DNA of 61,247 nt, counting the filler, from Ionaspis alba (taxonomy: Eukaryota), in assembly GCA_964255285.1 (NCBI GenBank). It is 4 parts of 4 records of this genome, joined end to end, with 100 filler letters (N's around TTAATTAATTAA, not from the genome) between each part and the next. Parts side by side here need not be neighbours in the genome. Positions count along the whole stretch, not along the records: positions 46,055 to 61,247 come from CAXUUL010000387.1; 3 more parts are not named here. The stretch is one strand, 5' to 3'. The position numbers were made by a program, and so were the translations under genes. This document shows, piece by piece, positions 51,790-61,247 of the stretch (position 1 is the first letter of the stretch; each line of letters begins with the position of its first letter). The notes beneath the pieces are model-generated. The model did not search any database. It saw only the letters and a program-made list of their open reading frames with translations, and was not told where the DNA came from.

Positions 51790-52685
51790 TTTTGCGGATT
51801 TTCTCGAGAGTCGTGATGAACCTTGACTCTCAGCGAAGCAACTGTTGCTCGGTAACTAAAGGCGCGGATTTTGAAGGAGACATTGTCTAAGGTATGAACC
51901 AGAGCTATATCAGAAACCCACTTTGATTGGCAGCACTTATGCGGAGGGTTGATAGCTAACGGCGTGCGTAGCTATTCACTAGAGTGAAATGAATTCATCC
52001 ACAGTTAATTGTTCTGGACAGCTTGCCGGATTCATGTGACCGAGGGCATAGCCAAGCTTGCCTGCCAGCCCTATCCAATGGTAGGCTGGTAGGCTAATTC
52101 TTCGGATGGAATTGTGGGATGGAATTGCCGCCGCTGTTTCAGTCACGCTCTGAGCATCCCAGGCTTTATATACAGTTCAAGATATAGTTTTAAATGGTCA
52201 CAAATAGATCTGCTGGCTAATATAGTCTCAGCTTATACAAATATCCCAACTATAGGAATCGCATCGAGAAGTTATCAAACATCAATCACTAATACCACCC
52301 GAACAAGTACGTCAAAAGCCACTGAGATAGCTCATGTCCGTCACTGGAGGAGGAGAAAATGTCATTCAGATGTTCCCATAAACCCCTTACACCAACTGTG
52401 TCTACCACTTTTAAACCCATCCAACACTCGAATGTTCCTCCAGCGCCGGACCCCATCGAGCAAGGAAAACTCCATTAGCCCTAAGTTCCTAGGACCAGCC
52501 GGTCCAACGAACTATTTTCGTTATCCAAGGAAGAAAATCCGCGCTGGAAATTAAAAACTTCTTCAAAAATCCGCCCATCTCGTTGATCATTAAATAGGCG
52601 TTGAAAGAAATCCTCCACAGAATCCTCAAGAACCATTCTTGCTGTTTGTCGTGTGCATTAAAAAAATCCACTGATTTGTTTTTGT

Positions 52686-54752
52686 TCATGTGATCAAGAG
52701 ATCAATACCCATATCCGCCATGATAGTCTCCCAATCCCAACTCATCTCATCCCCAGCATCCATCATCTCCCAAACCCGATGAACGACCCTCCTCGCTGGC
52801 TTGATATTGCCCAGATTGCTGTAAGCCTGCAGATTGTCGAAAGCATTCTCGAGTTCGGGTCTCTGTTTCTCCTGGAACGCAGCACAGCTCAAGATGAACA
52901 ACGGCAAGAGCAAGATACATTGCGTTGATTCTCCTGATGGCATCATCCGCAGATACTCGAGACCAACGTCGACGGCAGCAGCGAGGTTCGCGCTTGGCTT
53001 CGATGCCTGGATGGTCCGGTAGAGGTAGAGCCAAGTGCACTGACGATAGAGCTGAGCTGCAATCCATCGTGAGGTCTGTGGTTCTTGATTTGGATCCCAA
53101 TTGCGGATCTCGGCGTCGATCTTGACGGCCACAGCGAGGCTCTCATAAGGTACAGGTGGTCGTAGTCCCTCTGCCTTGCGGGCGCGGATGTTGTCTCGTA
53201 GTGCAGTAATCTTGTTGATGTACTTGAAGAGGCCATCCAGCACTCCAACCATGACACCGGCACCAGGATGGATAGCTGGGCGAATGATGAAGTTCGGCAA
53301 AGAGTGATCGTCCTCTTCCTCGAAGTTGACAGGTCGACGGTCCAGTGAGGTCACAGAGTTCGAGACGTCATGGTACATAAAGAACTCCCAGATGAACTGC
53401 CGGAACTCTGGGTTCTTGGACTTCTGCGCGGTGATCAATTTGCGAGCACCGTTCATGTGTATGCGATATTCGCCTTTGGTCCAGCCTTGAGAGATGCAGA
53501 TCAGACATTGAACGATGGTTGAGGCAATTGTAGGATCTTCGACGATCAACGTGGGGTTTTGGTCCGTATTACGCTCATTGGCAGCTGCAATATCGGCGTG
53601 GAGGATGCTGATGGCATTAGAGTGATGATGTTCTTGACGCTCGTGGAATGCCGGTTGCGATTCCTGGGCAATGATGTGTGAGCCTGACAGTGCCATCAGA
53701 GAGTGCATCAATCCTTTGTGCTGAGTCGCCATTGGAAGGAGCAGGTCTTTGAAGGGGTTGGAGCTGTTGTCGTGTAGTGTCAAGACACCGCTCAAGTCGT
53801 AGACGAAGTGATCAAGGAAGCGGCGGTCGATATCCGTCTCGATCCCGTCGATCAGGAAGGGCAGTCCCCTTGGGAGTGAGAAGGAGAAACGGCGGGCTGT
53901 GGTGGGCGATGTGTTGTTCCGGGTCAAGCCTTGTATAGCTCCCCAATTCTGTTCGTCCGTGCGGTGTCGACCGCCTCTCCAGATTTCTTTAACCGGATAG
54001 CCTTCGCAGATGACCGAGTTCTTCTGGCAATTGTGACCTGCGACATGTCAGCCTTGGATTTCGAAGTGTTGTCGACATTCGCAGGCCTACTTACACGCTG
54101 GCTTGGCTTCATCACATTTCTTCTTCCTGCGACGACAAGTAATGCAACCAGTCTTCGATCTTCCTTTCGCAACTTTGTTCTGCACGGCAGATGAAGCTGG
54201 CGGGTTCTTCCTTGGACGGCCTCGCTTCTTCCTCGTTTCTGTCATCGCCGGCGTAGTCCCGTTTTCTCGTGCTTCCGGACTATCGGAGCTTTCCATCGTC
54301 TTGATCTCCTCCATCGAGAGCTCATCGTTATCTTCCTCAATCTTAGGCATGATATCGGTATCCTCGCCGTTCATTGCGTCGTCGTCTTCGGCATCCGATG
54401 ATGCACAATCCTCAGAGGCCATTGTGGAGGCCGAAGATATAGAGTTTACTGAGAGGTCAACGGCGTTGGTGATTGCGGTATTGACTTCGAGGTTCGATTT
54501 GCCATTGGTCGAATGGCTTTTGGCGGGTTTGTCATTGAGACGCAATAGTGTGGAGGGCTCGGACAATCCCATCAGCTCCCGGCGCAGAGGGAGACTCCAT
54601 TGGTGAGTAGTCGCCAGAACTTCCGAGTCGCCGTGAACAGCGAGTAGAGACGAAGGTAATTCGGTGCTGTCAATTCGAGATGACGTTGAATGGGAGAAGG
54701 AAAAAGGCTCGTGAGGTTGGCGATAATGGCTATGGCTTAGGATAAGGACCAT
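52686..54752 (-). CDS. Zn2Cys6 transcription factor with AT-hook and Fungal_trans_2-type domain (Acr-2-like)
   Basis: KKRGRPRK AT-hook; KGRSKTGCITCRRRKKKCDEAKPAC|HNCQKNSVICEGYP; NPFKDLLLPMA..GLMHSLMALSGSH; EFFMYHDV; SWDWETIM. Confidence 0.9.
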
Positions 54753-57700
54753 GGAGGGCTGGCTGTCGATTTAGTGTGCTCTCATGCTGGGTGATGCCGA
54801 GTCACTGAAGGTGGGTCCCCTGCAAGCTTGGAGCAGAAAGTGCATTGAGCAAATTGGTAGAGATGCCAGAAGTCGCAGCGATAACCCAGGCCTGGAACGA
54901 GGAATCCAGACGACCCGTCTCGGTCAATCAATCGGGAGGTGGAGTAGCGGACCGGCTGCAGGCAAGGGACGCTAGAGCAACGATTGTAACTAGGTTGGTC
55001 GGAGGATCAGCTCCCAGGTGAAAGCGAGAGTCGGCCCAGTGCAGACAGGGTACTTTGGTAGAGGGAAAGCAAGACGAAGTAGGAGCAATGCTGTCCGGTG
55101 CTATTATTTCAGCCCGAATCAATTGGCCCATAGGATGGAGTTGTGATTGGAGTTATTAATATGGCACGGAGCGGAATGCTAGGGGTTCCATCAACATCCT
55201 ATCCCAACGGATGATACTTTCGGCGGCGTTCAGATATAGAGGCGGCGATTGCCCCAGCTTTAAGTAGGGAACTACACCGTACTGGGACTACGCTTTGGTG
55301 CGTGCGAACCTTACTTTCCTCTGCCTTCTCCCTAAGCTCGGCTTCTCTTCTCCTAGAGCGAACGGGCGGTTGTGGTTGTTGGGGTCATGGCGGGGTGTTT
55401 GGAGGACGGTTTGGCGGCAGATGGCTTCTTCTGGTCGGGTGGAGATGTGGTACTGGTAGCGAGGGCAGGCAAACTTACCGCACGAGTCCGGTCAGTGCCC
55501 GACCAGTGGGTTTGAGTTCCAAGTGTCTCGGGAAGTCATCCGAGCATGTTTCGTCGGGGATTTCTGGTGATCATTCATCCCAACGCCCGTCCGTCCCAGC
55601 TCCCAGAAATGCCACAACTGTCAGTGCATGCACGCCTCTGATTACTACGCCTGTCGCTCCACCACATCGTATTCGCCTCGACAACGTGCCGTGTCGGCTG
55701 ACTCAACTCTATCTACTGCTCTCGGCGGGGAGCGAGAATCCAGATCTGGATGTTGAAAACCTTCTTCGCCCAGCCACGATGTTCATTAAGTTCAGACCAA
55801 CAATCGGTCCCGCTATCGTTCTCGATGATGATGATAATGCTGTTGCTGATTGTGGGCTTGTGCCAAGGTCTTGATGAGCGTGCACCAGTATCATGAGACA
55901 AGGGAATCCTGAACTGATGAGCCTGATGGAGGCGTCATCCACGGTCGTGGTGAATGTACACTCTATGCAGATCAGATATCACGCCTGTCTCCTGGAATGG
56001 AAGATCTGTTTACCGGGGACTGGTGCAAGGTCGAGATTGCACGACCAAGAAATAAAGCTGTTGGCATCCTACTCGAACCCGGATGGCTGGTAGGAGGATG
56101 CTAATGCCTTTCCAATGCTGAACATTAAAGTTCCGTGTCTCGAGATGATCCTAACATGCGGTTGGTTAGATGATGTATTGGCATTGTCTGATTTGGCAAA
56201 GATCACTGGCTGTCTGTTGTATCTAATGTACCCCTATGTACTGTACCTCCCATGCTCATGTACTCGTCCATCTTTGCTCTGCAACCTGCACCACCCATGA
56301 TCGCAGATAGCGAGGTTGGTCACTCGTGGCTGCATCGGGGATGACGGCTAGAACTCTAAGCATGGAACCACCATTCGGTCGCGTAATGCCTGGCTTTGTT
56401 TATTCTTGGGCCAGTCGTGATCAGCCCAGATAGTACTGTGCACGATGGTTCGTAGATTTGTCTTCCTTGATATGCTGCCGTAGATCTAGTTAGGATTGCA
56501 GCCTGGGACTTTGAGACTGTGAGCCGTGTTTCGATATTGTATCTTTGGACCAGCAGGCATTGGATGACCAGGATTGGTGGACAGTAGCTCCTCGTGACTC
56601 GCTTCAGTACCAATTCCAATATTGGGCTAAATCGCAAGCGGCTCATTACGACTCAAGGAGGCTGAAGGTTGGAAGCCATCACGATTCTTGAGTTGAGAGT
56701 GTCCAAATTTAGCGGGAACGGGGGATGGAGTGGAAGACGACGGATCTGCGAGAGATGATAGTGAAGTTGCAGGGGAGCTCATAGGCCAACGTAGAGGGCC
56801 CGAGCGCCGTTCAACGAAATCCGCCGCCGTGTAATCGAGATCGTCACCGTTCAGCTGCCAGGTCATGCTTGGAGTACCTGATCCTGCGCGAAACTCCTCA
56901 CGCCTGAGGTTAGTAAGGAAGGAAGGAAGGGAGGAAGGCAGGGAAGTGCGCAGCAGATGTCGACGTGGGTCTTCCCTCGAGCCTCAGCAATCTAGATACT
57001 CTATCTGCGACGAACTCTGCGAAGTGTTTTCCCCCAGCATATGCAATGTACTGTATGATCTCGTTGCCTGTTCAAGGACAGGGCTTTGGCGGGATTTGTG
57101 TTCCGCTCTTCCTCTTCTGTGCCCTTGCATATTGGAAAGCACGGAGTCTGTGCCGTTGCTTCAACCATTCCGCCAGCATTACGTGCTACTGTACTTGCAA
57201 GGAAGCTAAAACTGCCACCCAATATCCTCATAGTCTAATGTGCTCGTCCTTACTTGCAGCGCCCCCGATGATCGCCGGCCGTTGACAACCACCACACCTT
57301 ACCGTCTCGAGGTGTAGGCCGTTTACTGGCGCGAATTTCCCGAATCCTACGCTCAAACAATGGTAGAAGCCGTCAAGGCGTTTCGTTCCGAGGCTCTGGT
57401 CACTGTCTCGGGCTTGGTGGCGCTTCGATCTCTTCTCCAGAGCATGGTACGCGGCATTACCACGCATCAGATAAAGCAACTTCCTCCTAGCTACACTGCA
57501 ACCAGGATCCCGGCGATGTCTTGAATCAGCGCTCAGCTTCGGCCGCGAGGAACCCCCCGACTAGACATTGACCAGGTGTTCGGCTACAAGCAGTAATGGC
57601 CGAGTCAAACAGGATTCTGGATGGTTGAGGAGGTCAAAGCACCCATTCGCCACGAGGAAAATTCCCCGTCCTTCCTTGTCATCCAACAATAATAATGGTG

Positions 57701-58721
57701 GCTTACTTTCTTTGAACATGTGTCTCTCTGTATGGGATCAGGCAGGAGTCTCATGGCCTTCCTTCGCCTTGAACATTAGAAAGTACTGGTAGCGTGTCTA
57801 TTCACGTATGCATCTTCCGCGATACGGCACCACGCCTCGCCGGTCATGTGTCTGACCAAACCATTGCTTTTGACCATGGTCTGTGTCTCAGGCAAGGAGC
57901 ATGGAATTGAACACCTGCAAGCCAGAAAATACTTCAAGACGGTCTCTTTTCGAGAAGCAAGTGAGCAAGCAAGCAAGACCCTGACCATCCGGCCCGCTGT
58001 GCATTGGGCTTTCTATTCGGAGTTCACCTACTTCCTCGACTATGGCCCCACCAGCTCTCTTTCTACCACCAGAGTCTATGATCATTCGACCGCTTTAAGC
58101 CAATGGCGCGATTCACTTCAGCGTGGGTATCTGGAAGTATATCGGTGAACCCAAAATCTACAACGATGGACCAATGAACCCTGCATGAAGCCAAAGACTT
58201 TCGACTTCCTCTTAAGCCCAGGCAGATCCTTTTCCATCTTGGCTCATAACCCAATTGGCGCCGAGGCTCAGTCGTCTATGTGTTTGCTTAAGTGCTATGA
58301 GAAACCATTTTACATTATGATTGGGGCTTTGTCTTATGTGCATCCGACGGTCTGTCCTCAGCTCATTGACTACACTTTGTATCACAGAACACTACAAGAT
58401 TGCCATCTTGTTTGCACTACCATTAATATCTTTTATGTATCGGTGAATGCTATTGGTTGACAATGTCGTGCTTGCATGCATGGACCATGGGACTGGCGGG
58501 AACTGTTCGACCTCGGCGATAACAGAATCGATAACAGAAATTTCCGCAGCTCCCTCGTATCATGCATAAGGACGTCCATGTAGGAAGGTTTTTGGTAGAT
58601 TGGATAGTGTATTATGTCGTGCTCAGGACTAACAAGAATCTCGTCTATTGACAAACTTCGGACGCACTCCAGGCCTATGTGCAATGTGCTGCAAGGCCAA
58701 TCTTTGCAGGAGATGTGTCGC

Positions 58722-59574
58722 CTACTTGTTTTGGAAGTATTCCGGCGATGGTGTTTCGAACCTCCTGTACATGAGGTCGGTCCGCAAAGTCAATTTGATT
58801 CCATTCTCGACCTCCTCCCCGGAATGCAAGAGATCGCGATGCTGGAAGATCAGAACCCTCCCAATCTTCGGTACGACCCTGAATTCTTGCTTCATATTCC
58901 AAGAATGAAATGCTGTGCTACCTCCGACAAGTTCACCACCGGGTCCAACAGGATCCGACTCATTCAAATAGAGGTGCAGCGTATAGAAAGATAGTTCCGT
59001 TTTGTCAGGAGTCTCATACGCACCGTCTTGGTGTGCTATGAGTATAGTCAGCGCCAACCAAGACATGCGACAATCATAGCAAAGACTGCTTACGCCGGAA
59101 ATACTGTCCACTGCCATATTTCAGGAACCGCATCCTCTCGTTCAATCGACTCATCTTCCACGCCTCTTTCCTCTTTACAGGCCCGTTACCTGTGACAAGG
59201 GGCATGTCTCGAAGCATCCCAATCTCTGGAACATGCTCCTTACACCGGTCCCAGATCTTTTCGACAACTCCTCGATCATCCCAGAGAATGCGACCACAAT
59301 TCCGTGAATCCAAGATCAGTCTTTGCCTACCCATCCCTACATTGATCATAGCTGGTTCCCATTCCCCACAGGTACTCTCTGCGGCTTCTACTAGGAGCTT
59401 GCATTCCTCCGCTGTAAGAACATTATCCAAGATGACTGCGTAGAGGCCTGAATTTTCGCGTAGCCCGACTTTATCGAAGTCGACTCTCTGAATCTCGACT
59501 GATGGACCTGGTTTCGCGAGGGCGTCGATGAGTAGGCTTGACGTGGAAGATCTGGTTTGATCTGGTTTTGCCAT
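58722..59574 (-). CDS. 2OG-Fe(II) oxygenase (prolyl-4-hydroxylase-like)
   Basis: LDNVLTAEEC, RLNERMRFLKY, HQD (HxD), TLHLYLN, GGSTAF, FQHRDLLHSG, KLTLRTD; one intron. Confidence 0.9.
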
Positions 59575-60047
59575 TGTATTCTGGATGTGACGTGTGAGAC
59601 GGGTAGGCTTGGCTAGGTGGGGCTGGTAGGATCTATAGAGTAGATTGGAGATGCTCTTTGGACGAAGACTGTTGACATGTGTGGACGAAGCTCTAACAAG
59701 TAGCATGTCACTTTCACTGAGTCCCGATTTCAAGGAAGCCTTCCTGGTGTTCTTTCAAACAAGCCTAAGTACAGTACGCTGGCAACACTTAGATTATTGC
59801 ATTGAAGATATCGCTTGTCTATGTATACATGTATACAGAGTAATATACATGATCGGTGACTCTTACGAGGCTGAGATCTGATCCACTCACTGAAGGAATC
59901 TTACTATGTAACACCTTCAGCCCCGTTGAAAACGACCTCGGTGCAGTCTCCGCCCCGACACGACCTGCTGCCTAACAAACCACGAAAGGATTGATTCACC
60001 CACACCATCAAGAACCGAGATGCCCATCTCAACTTCTCGATCCAATC

Positions 60048-60335
60048 CTAAGTCTTCACTTTCCGCCTCGCTCTGATTGGCCCCTTGACATCCTCCAGCG
60101 CAACGTTATCTGACAGCGGTATCCCGCCCTGCAGAATCTCGACCTCTTCCCCTGCCCGCATCTCCCAGATGAGCTGGCGCACATCGGCCATCAGATCCCG
60201 CCAATTAGACACTCCGCACGATTGTAGCTCTGCGGCTGAGAGGGCACGGGGAACCTCGGACGGGCAGATAGTTTTGGGGTAGGTGCGAGATGAGAGCAGG
60301 TTTTCGAGATGGGCTTTCAGGATCTGTTGCGCCAT
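60048..60335 (-). CDS. DUF3253-family small protein
   Basis: LLSSRTYPKTICPSEVPRAL..WRDLM..VEILQGG..KGPIRAR. Confidence 0.8.
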   Translation of the reverse strand: MAQQILKAHLENLLSSRTYPKTICPSEVPRALSAAELQSCGVSNWRDLMADVRQLIWEMRAGEEVEILQGGIPLSDNVALEDVKGPIRARRKVKT

Positions 60336-60482
60336 GGCTTGTGAAATGGATTGTCCTTGTAGTCGCTAGGTTATGGGCGATTTAGGTCTTAGGCGGAGGT
60401 TCAGACTGCTCCAACACCGCTTTGAAGCAGTATTGGAAGCGATGCCAAGACGCAACAGGGCTTGGTCGCGCTAAGCCGAAAA

Positions 60483-60511
60483 GAAAAAATTGCTTCAATC
60501 GTGGGATGAGC
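60483..60511 (+). promoter_or_regulatory. RRPE-like (GAAAAAATT) and PAC-like (GATGAGC) elements upstream of UTP15
   Basis: Both ribosome-biogenesis motifs occur in the usual order ~95-120 bp before the ATG. Confidence 0.45.
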
Positions 60512-60604
60512 TTTTTAAACAGAAATCAGACATACCTATCGTTGAACACAGCCAAAAATGACTCAATCACGATGACCAGAACCTGATTGCCCAATCCAGC
60601 CAGT

Positions 60605-61247
60605 ATGGCTGCTCCAGTGACATCTCTACAGCCTGTCAAGCTCCCTCCCGGTCCCTCGCCGCTGACGCCAGAGCAAACATACTGGAAGACATTTAAATCC
60701 CAGCAACTTGTTCCCTCACCCTCGAATAATCCCATAACCTCTATCTCTTTTCCACAACTACCATCTAATCCCTTGACACCACCCTCAGACTATTTTGCCG
60801 TGACCACAGGCGCACGCGTCCAGATTTTCTCCATCCGCTCGAGGAAATTGGTCAAGACTATTGCCCGTTTCGATGATGTTGCCCACGGTGCGGAGATCAG
60901 GCGCGATGGGAGGGTCATGGTTGCAGGAGATGAGACAGGGACCATTCAAGTTTTTGACGTGCATTCCCGGGCGATTCTGAAAACATGGAAAGAGCATAAA
61001 CAGCCGGTTTGGACGACGAGATTTTCGCCGGTCGAATTGACTACGTTAATGAGCGCGAGTGACGATCGGACGGTCAGGCTTTGGGATCTACCTAGCGAGA
61101 GTAGCACAATGTCCTTCGTCGGACATCAAGATTATGTTAGGACAGGAGCGTTCATGCCAGGGCAGGCCTCCGGCCTGCTAGTCTCCGGGAGCTACGATCA
61201 GACGGTGAAGCTCTGGGACCCGCGTGCTTCGGCGACAGCTGTGATGA
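60605..61247 (+). CDS. UTP15: U3 snoRNA-associated WD40 protein Utp15 (runs off window end)
   Basis: Hand translation MAAPVTSLQPVKLP..TPEQTYWKTFK..FAVTTGARVQIFSIRSRKLVKTIARFDD..RRDGRVMVAGDETGTIQVFDVHSRAILKTWKEHKQPVW..SASDDRTVRLWD..GHQDYVR. Confidence 0.9.
   Translation, partial: MAAPVTSLQPVKLPPGPSPLTPEQTYWKTFKSQQLVPSPSNNPITSISFPQLPSNPLTPPSDYFAVTTGARVQIFSIRSRKLVKTIARFDDVAHGAEIRRDGRVMVAGDETGTIQVFDVHSRAILKTWKEHKQPVWTTRFSPVELTTLMSASDDRTVRLWDLPSESSTMSFVGHQDYVRTGAFMPGQASGLLVSGSYDQTVKLWDPRASATAVM

Noticed and set aside
54760..58700. Short ORFs upstream of the Zn2Cys6 TF (e.g. 55302-55874, 56627-56866)
   Set aside because: No recognisable domains or transposon motifs; probably long promoter/UTR, though a small gene cannot be excluded.

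Overview
Intron-rich filamentous ascomycete (Pezizomycotina) genomic DNA. It is not one locus: three N-TTAATTAATTAA-N linkers join four separate ~15.2-15.3 kb scaffolds (1-15289, 15390-30643, 30744-45954, 46055-61247), so adjacency across linkers is meaningless. Scaffold 1 carries a DUF3176-type membrane protein, homeobox TF, MFS transporter, PTH11-like receptor, orphan ORF, thioesterase and the start of a J-protein. Scaffold 2 carries a compact drimane-type sesquiterpenoid cluster candidate (P450, HAD-fused class II terpene cyclase, BBE-like FAD oxidase, SDR) whose divergent intergenic regions share a 75-bp repeat, plus an MFS transporter and the end of VPS55. Scaffold 3 carries a conserved fungal hypothetical protein, PIG-S, an amidase, a tRNA m3C methyltransferase and a fused tryptophan synthase. 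That synthase has an intact alpha site, but the beta motif AETGAGQHG reads AQTGAGMHG (catalytic Glu109 lost), suggesting a non-canonical enzyme. Scaffold 4 carries a secreted S/T-rich protein (partial), a Sec24-family gene, an Acr-2-like Zn2Cys6 TF, a 2OG-Fe(II) oxygenase, a DUF3253 protein and UTP15 (partial). All family calls come from motif recognition by eye, not database searches; exon boundaries are approximate.
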